Below are positions 47,301-61,641 of a DNA stretch of 64,000 nucleotides, piece after piece. The translations under genes were made by a program, and so were the position numbers. The notes beneath the pieces were generated by a model. The model searched no databases. It was not told the DNA's origin and saw only the letters and a program-made list of their open reading frames with translations. Each line of letters begins with the position of its first letter. The stretch's first letter is position 1. The DNA is taken from assembly GCA_040954595.2 (NCBI GenBank), contig CM082577.2, positions 4,762,301 through 4,826,300 of the forward strand, written 5' to 3'. Source of the DNA: Balanoglossus misakiensis (taxonomy: Eukaryota > Animalia > Hemichordata).

Positions 47301-50300
47301 CAGGCAGATCACTAAAGAAGATTTTCTTTTCACACACACAACTAAACGTGAAACACATTAAATATGTACTGTAGGGCTCAGTTAATTTGGAGAAATCTGG
47401 AGAATTTTTTGGGACTGAGACCCGACATGCATGAATGTTTGATAGAGGGCAGGCTACGATAATCATGGTAAATTACATCCTGCCAAGAGAGGTGCCAGCG
47501 TCCACATACAGAATTTCATAAATAATTTGGAGCGACGCCTACTCTGTGATCTTCTCAGGATGTCTGATTTCTTCTGGGGAAGTCCCAAATAATTAATCAT
47601 GGATGTAGAGTTTCAACCTATTACCCTTCAGTCAGGCTTTAGGAGTTCTCATGAGATGTTTCATAGGTCATGCCTGTACAAATTTCTCGCGCCCTAAAGC
47701 TACTGAACTTTCTGTCCCAAAATAGATGATACAAAATGTTCCCAACCATGACCATAAATTTAATATGTGTATCTGTCCATCTTTTATTTCTCTACATTTC
47801 GGATATGACTCTTTATTTGAAAAGAAGCAGATTCTGCTGCGTTATTTGTTTCTCCATCAGCTCCCAACTTGATGCAAGATTAAAAGTATGCGTACAGATC
47901 ACACGTGTATGTCCTCGTGGTTTGCAAGACATGTCTATTTCAGCACTGTTCCAAAATTAGCAGCTGGTTGGAATTTTGTTGTCGCGCTGACCCGCAAATG
48001 CTGGCCATTTAACTTTCGCTTCCACTTCTCACAGACCAGATTCATGATATCCAGTGGCATTTCACCAGCTGTGAAATATCATACATGGGGTGAAGTCGGG
48101 TTTTGCAATTAAAGTGCATTGGGGAGAGTTCACGCTGTGTCAGATGGAATCCGTTCAAGCCTTGGTGTGCTCAGCCTCTGCTTTATAATATTCATGCACA
48201 TCTCCCATGGTAGCTGTGTGTTGTGTGAAGTCCTTCCTATATTTGAATCAGCAGCCAATATATTGTCTGGTTTTATTGGACCTCCTAGCATCTGGGATCT
48301 GGTATTAATTTAACTCCGCTCTTTCACAGTTGTGTCCTGTGGCAGAGTGTTATAGCTTTCGTACATTTCGTACATTACTATGGAGTAACGTCAGCCAAAA
48401 GTGCTACTCTGAAATGTGCGTTATCTCACTGAGTTAATTCTATGCACACTGAACATGACAGAAATTCATACATAGTCGCTGTAGAGTTGGATGTGATGGA
48501 TATTAGTTGCTTGTTTGGACTTTCAGATTAGCTTTGTTGACAAAGCAAAACTTGGTTGTCTCGACTAAAACTGGCAAGGTTGACAAGCCTTGAAAGACTC
48601 CATGTTAATAGTTGGCCAGAATAGAAAAGCTTGTCTGTGGACATTGCATGTAAACAGCAAATTGCAGGTTTTATGTAAAAATGACGCATTGTGCTGCTAT
48701 CCAACAAACCAAAGAAAACTGTTTGAAAATTGAATATTCTAATATAATAAAAGATCTTATAAAATTCCCTATTACAGGATTATATGATGATTGCATCAAA
48801 GTTTCATTGTCTCCGCACACGGAAGGGTTCACAGACAAACTGCCCCATAGAGACTGGCATTCTCTGCGTTTTCTAATTAGGCAGTGCAGATCTTGATACT
48901 GCCCTGATCCTGTTTGCTTGATAGACACATCTATATTAGTGGCCCTTCTGAGAGTAAAAGTATACAGCAAATAAGTACAGTAACACATCTATTCTTTCAC
49001 TAGAATTGAACAGACTAATAAAACAATTTCAGGATTTTTCTTGGAGAATAGAATGTATTTTGCAACTTTCAACATTATTTACATGGTATATAGTTGGAAA
49101 ATTACAATGAAACTTGAAAGAAAACCATTCACCCAATAAAACAACATGATCTCGTCAGCTGTGAACTTTGACCCATTGTGACCCTTGACCAGACATTTCA
49201 AGTCTGAAGACTATATACTGATCCAAATGGGAAGTGACTTGTGCCCTTGTGGATTATGAATATGATAACAAGCTGGGCTGTATTGATGGTAGGACACATT
49301 AATTTTCAGACAACCAAGATCGTCAATTCTGGTATAATTTGGACCTGAAATTATCATCAGGTTGTTGTTTTTCACCAGTGCTTTCTGTGCCATTGTCATT
49401 GCACCGCATACGTACGTATGATGGATGTGACTTTAAACATTCCATGTTGATTTCTCAGCTGTGGACGCACTGTCATTTTGCCATCTCATGTGTGACACTT
49501 TTTGTGGATTTCTGTGCATGACTCCTAGTTTGTTGAATTTGCAAATCAAATCTGCATACTTCATATATGCCCTTTTCCCCGTAATCTCAGCTCTGCTGGA
49601 AAAAAAATACACACGCATATAGTGGATGACTCACACTATCCTCGTTTCTCATTTTGACAATTTCGTATAAATACAACCGGTTCATGAATTACCCACAAAT
49701 GCACTTAATATTCCAATCTACACAATTTTCGTGAAACCCTTTTTTTTCTGCCTCCAATCTAAAAACGAGACGTATATTTTCCAGACCGTGGCAGTGCAAT
49801 CAACATGCATATGTAGTCTTGCAGCTCGGCAGCTAATGGCCATGTTGTTGAGAAAAAAGGGCCCCTAGGAGGTGATTGCTGAGCCTGGCCTCTCAAAATT
49901 GCCTTCATGTACATTCTTCCATGTACTAAGAAAAATCTTCGCTGAGACCGTAAGAGAGAGAGCATGTATTCACGGAATTGAGTATTTCTGTTTAGAGTGT
50001 GTTCTCGGCCCATCATGTCAACCTCAAGGCTGTACTTCTCAACCCATGCATACAACAAGCTTATCCCACATTATATATTACAAAAATATTCTCATGATGT
50101 AGCATGATGCATTTTTAAACAATTACATTTTACAATAACATCCGTTTGTCTGTGTACATGTACTTTTGCATGTCAGCTAAAAGGGGAAAAAATATTTGAG
50201 TTGCTGTCAGTGCATAACCTTTGACCTTTGTTTACCATCTTAGTTTAGCAGTCTGGCTGTGGGAACATAATAATGTAGGTTGATATATTTCTCCATTTTC

Positions 50301-53300
50301 ACTATTTTTTTGTTTCATTTTATACTTTCATTTTATGCCAGCCATTGGACGATCAATTGTGGTTATTTAACGCAATTCAATACAGTCCAACAGTTGATGG
50401 AAATTATCACCGGGGATGAAACTCCGTTGTCAGGGCCTAAAAAAATTGTGTTCCAGATACAGATGTTTGTCAGGAGCCATGAAAAACTGAATTTCTTCAT
50501 CTGGTAAAGTTGATTGACATAAGAATGCCATTAATTTTACACTGCTTGCAGGCAGCATTGAGCTGATCAAAATTCATAAAAAAATAAAATCACAGAGACT
50601 TTATAGTTAGTGTTTTATTACAGGCAATAAATGTCAGTAAATATTACCGTGATTTTCAGTCCATCTGTGATTCTAAACCACAGCGAAATAAAAACCCCAA
50701 ACCTAACGGCTACCACTGGTTCACGTAATCTGTGCATGTATCCTGAAAGCAGCTTGAGCTGGCTAGTATTCCAACAAACAGAGCCCCTTTCTCATCAGTC
50801 AGTGCAATCAGTGACGTGCCCTGTCAGCCTAAATGGTTGCTGTCTTCATTTCTTGATGTCCACAAGCCGCACTCTCATTCTGAAGCCGATCTATGTAACC
50901 TCACTCATTCGAAAAAAAAAAAAAAATACAATCCAGTAAATTCACTTCATTAATATTATATATTTCACTGTAAATGTAGGCAAATTCCTCATCTGTAAAA
51001 TTCGTGTGTGTGTAATCTTATTTTTGAACTGGTTATCATGAACTGTTTTAGTCACTCTGAGGATGTACATGTACATGTATGGAGATGATTTGTAAATTTA
51101 CCGTTGTTACTGCCGTACAATATATATTTTACATGATGAACAACAAAGCCACCTCGTTTCACTTCGAGTTATACTTAAATGTTCCCATTTCTTCATTTGT
51201 AATGACGTTGCCGGCATTCGGCTTACGAATATACCAAAGGGCACTGACAATGAGGAAATAAATTAACAAACACCCACTATTCAGATGTTGGAATATCGCA
51301 GAGAAAGCCACCTGGTACTGACTGCTGTGTGTTTTTACTTTTGGAAGGGATCAAATTTGTCGGGAGGATCAGATTCGTGTAGTGCGTGCGCTGAGTATCT
51401 GGGCAGCTAGAGGGACGCGCACGAGTCTGTCTCCGCGACTACGAATTTGCATATCATTCGTATGGTGTAGTCATAGGAATGTAAAGTTATTGTCGATTCT
51501 GACGGCAGTGCAGGGGCAATAAGGAGAGCAATGATTCAGCAGGCTGGGGCAATAGATCTTCCAAGTGGATGAGCCAAGTGGCTTATACAGATTTACTGCT
51601 ACTGCAAGTTTGTCTTGCATATTGAGAGCAGCGCAGTTACTCGTGTGTAGATTCTGAATTTAAGGGAAGTCTCTTGGTGGCCACCCCAGACAAACCAGAT
51701 ATCAGTGTTCTTCTCCCAGCCCTACAACAATTCTAGAGTGTTGTCAGCTACAGTTTTAACTGAACCGTAGCCAGAACTTGACTTCATTCCAGGTTCCCTG
51801 AATGCAGTGAATTCTGGTTGGGGACTGTACTATAAGCTCTGCAGTATTTTTATACAGGGCCATTCAATCCTTTCACCCCCATTTCCCCAGTGGTGTGATC
51901 CAGTGATATCTCCCCCGAAACAATGCCATCGGGTCAAACCATCGTAGTTAGTAGGTGAGTGCTACTCAACGTTTTACAAACAGAACTCGAAACGGAAATC
52001 TGTAGAGTTCTTAGAAGGGTAATGAACTAAGTTAGATCAAGACTGATGAGATTAGGTCAGATTTCTCAGGTCTGGTAAAAGAGGTAATCAGTAGACACTT
52101 GAAGGCTATGGAAGCAACAAAATAGGGTTTGTTGAGTTTTAGAAATGTTTTCCCGTGTGCGCTTTCTCGAACAATTACCATGGACAATACCTAGCAGACA
52201 CATCGAATGTAATCAGTGTAAAATAAATGATCACAGATGGCAGCAGTACAATTTGCCTGTAGAATGCAATCACTTCCTAACATGATATCCAGTCTGATGT
52301 CACCAATGGAGCAGGGTCTGCTCACTCTTTCTGAAGCATCTTACACCACTTCTATACTGTGTGCTCCTTCTGGTTAATTGTCTTTTCTTCACTCACTTGT
52401 CTGTTGCTGTATATTGTGGACTCATTGAGCAATATCTCTGCTGATACTAGGAAATGTACAATCATGAAAAAAAACCTGGATGTGTGTTGAACGTACTCGT
52501 GATTGTAAATGATGATGTGTGTATAAACGGAGAATCTCATTTAATTATTGATGGCTGGAACAGAGAATGGGAAGGTTTGATGTCATGTGGTAAATTAGAT
52601 TGCAATTTTAAAGTCAGCCGTCCATGTCCTGTAAAGATCATTGTGTGTAATTAGAGTGTGTCCCAGACCAACATCCAATTAGGGAAGACCTGTGTATCTG
52701 GATCTCCTCCAGTCTCGATGCAGCTTCCATGGAAAGACATGCAACTCGGATGTTCCCAGAGCATGGAAACATCCGAGTTGGTCGCCATGGCAACCTAAGT
52801 ACGCAGTAGGAAAGTAGTCGTCGTATCAAATACCCCTTGAATTAATGATTATTTTTACCTGAAAAGTTTTGTTGTTGACATGAATGTAGGTTGTTGTCAA
52901 CTACGAAATACTGTTGTTAAGCCCTCTATAGTGGACTCGTACATGTGTATCAGATGGTTTGTGTTGTAGAAAACACATTAAAATCGTAATTTCTGACAGA
53001 TTTTTTGTCCGCATTGCACTGATTGCAGTGCAACATTGTTTAATAATGAATTCTTCATTTTACATGTGGACCTCATGCAGACATCAGTGTCTGCCAGGTC
53101 CAATTCCATTTTTTTTCTGCCTCTTAATTCATTCAGTGAATTTCATTACAGATGCTCAGATAGATGTTTGCAGTCGCACAAAATAACGCATGGGTTCCAA
53201 CCCAAGTTTATTTTTTTTATTATTTCATCTGAGCCGAGGTATTTATCCAAACCTGTGCCGAGTCGTTGTGCTTAATATGATATTTTCCAGACCTGTCAAT

Positions 53301-56300
53301 CATGTCTCGGAATTTCCGTCTGAATCCAATTCCATTTCTGAATTCAATTCCTCCCGCGGAGAAGCTAATCAAATTTCCATGGAAACTCACAATAGCAGGA
53401 TAACACTTCACCTTGGTCTGCTCCATCCGCCAAAATTTTCTTCTTCGACAAAATCGTATCAAAAACGGTCTAAGGTCATGTTTTTAGCCGCAATATTTGA
53501 AGAGTGCTCTGAGAAATTAAATTCATGCATGTTTTTTTAAAAAGATTCCAGCCTCAGAGCTGAACGCAATTTCATGCAGTTTTGCCGCGTTTCGGATTTT
53601 GTGGTTATTATTACATGTCTGGTGAAATGAACTAACACAGATAGATAGGCAAACAAAGGTTCCTCATGAATGCATTGAGAGGAATGAAAAGCTCTCAGGT
53701 GCGCTGTGACTAGCTGCAAGGTAAGAAGAAATAATGGAATCTCTTACGAGGCCGCAGCCGAGATAATGGAGAGCATTCCCATTGGGAAGGCTCGGCTACT
53801 GCAGTTCAGATCATCAAAACTCTGGTTTCAGGGGAAAAAATACAGCTCAGCTTCCATTAGTAGTCATCAAAGCACGGCGTAGAATAATTATTTAAGAAAT
53901 GCAAAATTTTATATTTTAAAAAATGCACATAGAACTTGTTTGTGGGTATGTGATTTTTAGGTTAGATTTTCAGAGACGACGTGGTCTGATATATGGTGTT
54001 TGCTTGGAGCACACTAAATTCTACATCTCTCCCTACCACACAGATGTCAGCCTGTGTTATGATTTAATGTAAGCGTAACATTCCTTTAGGTTGTCTGCAA
54101 TCTGTGGGTCAATGAAGTAAAATTACATGCATGATTTAACAAGGACAAACCCCACTCAACGCGTGACATCATTAGCTGATCTCACTCAATAAAACTTGTC
54201 AGAGAAAGCTTCACAGGAAACAAGGGTCATGTATACTACTAGATATGAATGAAAGCAAGTCATTACTCTGTGTTCGTCAACAAATGTCATCATTTAATTT
54301 TGATGAGCATCATCGCAGAAATGAAATATTATTTCCCGTGAAAATGGATGAGATCATCACAGTGACTTTAATGATGAACCATGATTTGTGTCCTTATTTT
54401 CCTCATCATCACACAGCAATAACAGTTATTGATGCAGAACATTGTGATTTCATTTTGCATTTTTGTTTTGCTCGACTTCATAATCTACATGTTGGACAAG
54501 CATGTGAGACAGGACATGCATTCACAATTCACTTTAAGTACGGTCTCCATCTTTATATACAAGCCGCTTGTAGTGGAATATAATTTAGTTTTTAAATTAC
54601 ACATATTGTGTGTTGGTCTGCTGTAGTATTAAACATGAAAGTATTTTTTAAATGCTGAGGATTACATGCAGTGTTTTGTATTTTACATGAATCAAACTAA
54701 TCTTTCCTCATAGATATAAAAAAATGCAAAGATGTATTTTGTGAGCAGACAGGGGTCTGTGCATTGAGGCTATTGTCATCTGTGATTAGCACTTTGTACC
54801 CTGACCCCCTAGTGGCATATGACATCATTCGGATGTTTTCTTCTGAACTGGGTTCGAAAGGTGACGCCCCCTTCCGCCCCACCCAGAGAGACACAAGGAT
54901 GGATAGGTAGATGCAGATTAATACACAGGCATGCAGAGATGGATTGAAACAGATAATATTGAAATTCGGACATACATTGTATATCACAAAATTCAGTCAC
55001 AACATAACAGTCACACTGCCAGCATTATTCATGAATGCTCAACACAGACACACAGACACACACACATAAAGATAGATGTGCACACATACACGTACACACA
55101 CAGCACCTGTGTGCAATAAAACATTCAAGACGTATTCTTATCAAGATTGCACTCGACAATGCCCACATCCTGATTTGTATTCTGATCAGGAAACAGTGGG
55201 TGGATTCTATTACCTTTCATATTCCGTCTATCTGTATGCTGCGAGTAATTGATGACTAACACAGCTCTTTCTTTCTGTCCAGGCAAAATCAGAAAATATA
55301 CTCATTTGAAACTCTTGCATTCGTTTTCACCACAAATGTGAATTTATTAACCTCTTTCAAATATTTTCCACCGATATTTCACTTTTTTCCATCCCTCTTT
55401 CTTTCTTCCCCTTTTGTATTTGGTAATTCTGATTGCAAGATTATCGTTCAACATTTGCTTCACTGGAAGCTGATTCATGACATGCATGCAGAGAACATAA
55501 ATTTCACTTCAGCGGTTGGGATAGAGTATTTAATACAGCAGTACTATCTGCATATTAAACACTGTATGCCTAAGGGTAGTCTATCATTTGCCTAATGTGA
55601 ATAAGGCCAACCAGACTCCCTCAGGAGATAATAACGTCAGTTTTGTGGGGTAGAAGTTAACATCATCTGGACATGGCTGTGAATGTTTAGAGCAGACAAC
55701 TTTCTAAATTCAAAAAATGAGAAGATATGCGATGTGTGTGAAGATTTATTGACCTGTCTGTCACCTATCGAATGTGTTTGGGTCCAAATGATTCATGTGC
55801 GAACAGTCTAGACGTTTGTATTTTAATGGTACATGTTGAGGAGGCGCCGACGGCAAAAACCTTGTGCCAGCTCATGGCATATCTTGTTCTAGTTCTGTGG
55901 TCTGTTGTTAACACAGTTTTGTTGTCGGCTTGAGAAACGGAATTAAAACGATTGGAATCTCGCAACACGGTCACTTGAGAGCCATGTGACATGCTGAAAA
56001 CCTGGTTAGAGACATTTACCCGGGGAATTTGTAATTATCGCGTGCGTAATACTGATAATAAATCGGTATCAGTTGGTGACCTTCTGTTATTGTGCCGCAT
56101 ACGTTGTGTACATATTGCAAGTACATCACACGATGGGGCGTCAGGAGGTTAACATTGAACGTGGTGACTGCAATATCATAACTGTTCCATTTTCTGTTTC
56201 GCTTGTTTTGTATAACTGCCAATTGAGACATGAGGTGATGTATCAGGGTACATCTGTCACCGTGCCACACATAAATCACAGCATTGTTATGTATATATAG

Positions 56301-59300
56301 AGCCATTGTCGTCACAGTGTTCATTCACCCTGTTGTGCCCAGGTCTGCGAGAGCAGTGACACTGGTGAATGGTCAAAAGTAAACAGCGCCCTCTTCAGAT
56401 GATAGTGACAGAGTTTGAAATCATGTCTTGAACCAAACCAAGGATCTTCCGTGTCACATGAGTAGCTCGCTACAAAATATTCTGTATATCCTGAATCATT
56501 GTAGAAAATCAAGTTGTTATATTACATGCACACATATACATACACATACGTACACTCACTACATGTATTTGCATACACACACATTCCTCATGGAATGGAA
56601 TACACTGTAGTAATAGTAATTCCATGACAATGTGTTTTGCCGAAATAATGATTCATAATGATTGCGAGCTGGAGTATTAACCTGTGTGCAGTTTCAATTT
56701 GTGCATTCTCTGATTTTTTTTTTGACCGCTAACCCACCAGGTGATCTATGATTGCTATTTATAGATTGGAATAACACAGCGCTTTGCCATTAAGGTCACT
56801 TTGGAGTAGCAGTTGCGCTATGCCACAATGTGATATATATTCCCGTCAGCTAGGTTTTGATTGAGTCTGTTTGATTTGGAGTGACTTTTACTACATTGCA
56901 GTGTGACCTGGAAAAGATGACAGCGAATCAGTGCGTGTTGTCCCCCTCCCCCTCTCTCCAACATGCAGAGAATATCAATAACTCGTATAGCACTAGTAGC
57001 CATAGGTTTACTTTCACTGTAATATATCTTGCAGGCATGATTTCTGCTTTGTGCGGTTGTTTTCTAAGCAAACAAGATTTATAGATATACAGGCTTTAGC
57101 TTTTATGACTTTCCTCAGATTCATCTGATCTGGAAATGGAAATGTTTGCCTTACTGCAGTGCCTATTTTCACTGAAAATATTAACAAGAAACTGATTTCA
57201 AGGTTAAACCTGTTTCGAAGATAAAATTCTCATACAAAATTTTAATTATACATTGATTTGATATGATAGTGTGAGGGCAGTGAGATCTAAACCACACATG
57301 CCTCAAAAAAAATGAATGAATGATCAGTGTGTAATAGCTAAAGTGACCAGAGGGGTTACACTCATATATGCATTTTTCTGCATGAAAATGCAGTTCCGCA
57401 AGCATTGTCAAAGAGATATGATCCACATAATGTGTATTCCGATCCATTGCTGTACACTACACACACATATGTCATCACCCCCTCTAACCGAAATTCATTC
57501 CATTTCACAGTAAAATTTTGAACATTCCCCCAAACAAAATTCAGTCTGATTTTAAACAAGATTGACACCCCCGCCTAACCGAAATTCATTCTGATTCGCA
57601 TAAGGTTACGACACTCATCCAAATCATCTTCCCTCAGCCGTTATCTATCCTGGCAATCTTAAATCTGAAAAGTTGTTTTCATAATAACTTATCAAGCGAT
57701 CAATTCCCGATTCCCCGGAGAAACTACCTGTGTGCGGTTACAGAGCGAGCTTTCTAGCGAGACACATTTTTCCTGGGTAATCTTAGTCAAGTGCAGCAGC
57801 AGCCTTTTGACATTTGTTTTCTAATCTCGTATGTAATTGTACGAAATCCAATCGGGAATTCTGTTCGCTGCATCCAAGTAGATTATTCTGTGTGTTGTAA
57901 TTCTACAAACCGCTTCCATTGTGTGAACTCAGTAACTACCTGTTAGCTATTCCAATATCAGTGATATTACGTGCGATTTAATCCAAACGTTTGGAGTCTT
58001 ATACACATCAAAAATTTGCTGCAAAATAAAGCGAGGGGGGGGGGAGAGAAGAGTAAAATTCTCTTATAAAAGACAGAATTTTAAGTGCTACCCATGTACG
58101 TGTTGTTTGAAACCTGCTCAGGTAATCAGCAATATATATTCAGCAATGTTGACAGTCGTATACCGAGATTGCTCTGTAATAAATGAATTCACAAATTACG
58201 TCTGGACAAGAGCTCCAGGTAGTATACTGGATGGGCCATTGTCAAGTCTACGGTAATATTTTGTATACAACCCAGCCAAAATATGATGATTTTGTCACAT
58301 GCTCTTGAACCCATCGCCCCTCTTGAAATTCTGAAGGGTACAATATGAAATATTATTTGATTGTGTGTCACACATTTACTACACTGTAATAATTTATAAA
58401 ACTAGACATAGAATGTGGAAGCTGCAGGTGGTATACACCAAAGCAGAAAATCCTGCTTAAATTCCAATGTGTATCGACCATTCCCTGCAACATGTGTGCC
58501 TATGGTACTCAGCTTCCTATAGTAAAGTGGAGGTTTCTGAAAGCTCTGTCAGAGACTTGACTTTGCTTTTCGTTCCCCTTCAAACAAGTAATGATTGATT
58601 ACCTCTAGCTCTACATAACCTTGCAACATACATACCTTGTACCTGCTCCTCACCCCCCCCCCCCTCTGGAGGTGGGTGAGGGGCAGATACAGGATTTGGC
58701 TGCCCATATGCGTCCCTATACAATGTACAATCCAATATGGCCGCCAGATGGTGGTTTTGATACAGTTTTTCAATATCCAAAATCATTACGGTAGTACGTA
58801 GACATGCCCGAACATATTGAATACCCTCAAATCTCAGTATTCAATGCAAACTAATAGAATTACCCATTGAATATGTTGAACCGTACCTTTTTAGATATTT
58901 TCTCGTATTGTATCATTCTCAGCATGCTGTTAAATCTGACTGCGAAGGTATCCAATTGAGTTGCAGAATTTAATGCTTTTCTGTGACTGTCATCCAATGA
59001 AGAAAAAAATGATGATGCAGGCATACAGTAGATTCAGCCACTCAAGCGTTTTTTCGTTGATTTTACATTCTGTGATTTATGGGATAAGTCTAGTCACTGC
59101 GTGTGTCCCCACATACATCATTTGTCTCATCAATCCATCCACCAAAAAGACCACTTACTCTCATGTGACGCGATAAAATTTCGAGGGTTCACTATTTCAG
59201 AGTTGAATGTAAATGAATACAAGGCTAGCCATGAATGAGGGTTCTGCATGAACTGAGACGTCGTGGAGGAAGCGCAGAATTATTTTCGTTTAATTTCTGA

Positions 59301-61606
59301 AATACCCCTGTGGTTGATTTCAATCACGGGAATGTGTTCTGAATCTAATTGAAGCCAAAGCAGCAGAGTAATTTCCGAAGGAAATTAGAATGAGATTACA
59401 AACTGCAAAATCCTGAAGGGAACAAAACCTCAGGATGATATTTTTGTAATATTTCCATACGCTGTCGCTTTGAAATATGAAATACTTAGAAAAAATACTG
59501 AATATTTTTTGTGTGTTAGCTTGTTTCTGTATCTGACCTTATCATAATATCTGTAATGATTTCTCAGTCCTGAGTTATACATGAAGGTCATGAATAAATC
59601 AAAATACCACGGTAACCAAATCAGGTTGGTAATGGTATATAGCATCCCGAGGCTACCTTGAGCCACACAAAGGCTTATTACTACTCTGTATATATGTATT
59701 TGTGGTTAGAGTTACGGGGTAGAGCTCCATGGTTACTGGCTGGATAGTAGAGACTTGTCAGATAACAGCATCAGTTTCTGTGTTTGCACACTGGGGACAA
59801 GCCTGACTAGATGACATTCTGCTTTGTGCCTATCTCATCTCGTTTGAACCTGAGATTGGAGCAGTCAGTTGAAGATTTTCTCTTTTGAGATTTCACCAAG
59901 GAATTGAGCCAGAGATTATAATACACCGGGAATAGACAGCTACTGATCATATTTTCGCTCCATCCATCACCAGTTTTCAATCAACTCAATTTTCCCCGGT
60001 TAAATGTTTTATTTTTGAAAAGTCTGAGTATCACTGTTGTGGAGCCAGAACTTTATGGATGAAGACATCGCCACTAGTATAATTTTGGTTTTATTCAATC
60101 AGACAATCTGATGAAATTCTCCAAATTATTCTAAAATTGTATTTTTGTATTTCCTGCTTGAATCTCTACCTTGGAAGAATTCTGTTTTGATAAAAAAAAA
60201 TCACTCAGCCACATTATTAGCAAAAATAAATTTATTCACCATGGCATGCCCTGGCTATGTCGGAAACTCATCAACACAAGCTAGTTAGAGCTGTTCGGAA
60301 TAACAACAAAAAAAGGATTGTGTTGATTAATAAGTAATTACATTTCATTGGCAGACACGGATTTATGCAATCAAACTGCCTGTACAGAATTTCTTTTTAA
60401 TTTACACACAACACTGTTTGCCACCACTGCTTTAAATTTAACCTGCAGTTGATTATTTTATTATGTAGAATAATTTACACGTTGGGCTGTTTCATTTTCT
60501 ATTTATTGGCAAATGTCATGTGGAAAAAAATATGGGATTTAATACCCAATCTCTTAAAAGTTGGCTGTGTGTCAACGTTGCAACATTGTAATTACGCACA
60601 AGTGACAGTCTTCCCCACTTAGCCATCCCAAAAGAAATATTTGTAATCTGTAGTCGTGAAAATAATCCGTTGACTACATAAAAATGTAATGGAAATCTCT
60701 ACACTGGCTACTGTGTTATTGAAGACGAGAGACAGATTGTATATTTGTTGATGTAACACCTTTCTGCTGAGTGCAAAATAATATTCTTAGCGAAATTTGC
60801 CAAGACTTGGACAAGTTCTCCAAAATGTGATGTGTGCCCACAGAATTGACATTCTCTAGTTCTTCAGAGTGGCACAGCTGTGTGTCTTATTTATACCCAT
60901 GCAATAACCAGACTAGTTGGAGCTCAGTATGAATAGATAAAAAGCTGCAATAAAAAGGAAATGAAATTTGTATAGGTCTGAGAGAGAGTTCCCTGACGTG
61001 AGTACAAAATGGTGAATACAGATTTATACAGTTAGAAGGGCTGTCGCCTTTTAAACTTATTTTGGGTGAATTTTGTTGAATGTGGGACTTTATTGCATAA
61101 CAGACATGCTGAGCCTCCAGATGCCAGGACGCTGCTGTTAAAGTTAACTGCCCGTGGAATTATGATTACGTTATTTCCAAAACGAGAAGTTCTGTAATTT
61201 GATTGTTTATGACTGGTAGATGGAGGCAGAGTGAAAATGACAGCTGACAGTTCCAAGGTATCATTCTGCCAGTTAGATGGAGAGTTATTGATAGATAGGG
61301 TTAGGGTGAGAGGAATTGTTACTTGAGTTTTTGAATAAATGAAACATTGAATTGCTTTATGAATAATTCTATATTGCAATATATGCTGACATGCTTTTTT
61401 GCTGTTACTTCCAGGGTATGAATCGCATGCCAGGCCATTGGCAACAACAACAGCCACAGCAGAGACCACCCCACTCTGTGCCGCATTTAACACAAAGTCC
61501 TCCAGCTCCATCACATATGCAGCAGCCCCATCAGCCGTATCCAGCCGAGCAGTATGGCCAGTATGACCCACACATGCCGCAGCAACAGCCGCAGTCCCAG
61601 TATTAT

Positions 61607-61641
<35 letters not shown>

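Noticed and set aside
32833-61414. Many 60-150 aa ORFs in the long intron, including the poly-His ORF at 38004
   Set aside because: AT-rich, mostly non-ATG starts, no domains or splice chains that I could see; poly-His derives from (CAT)n.
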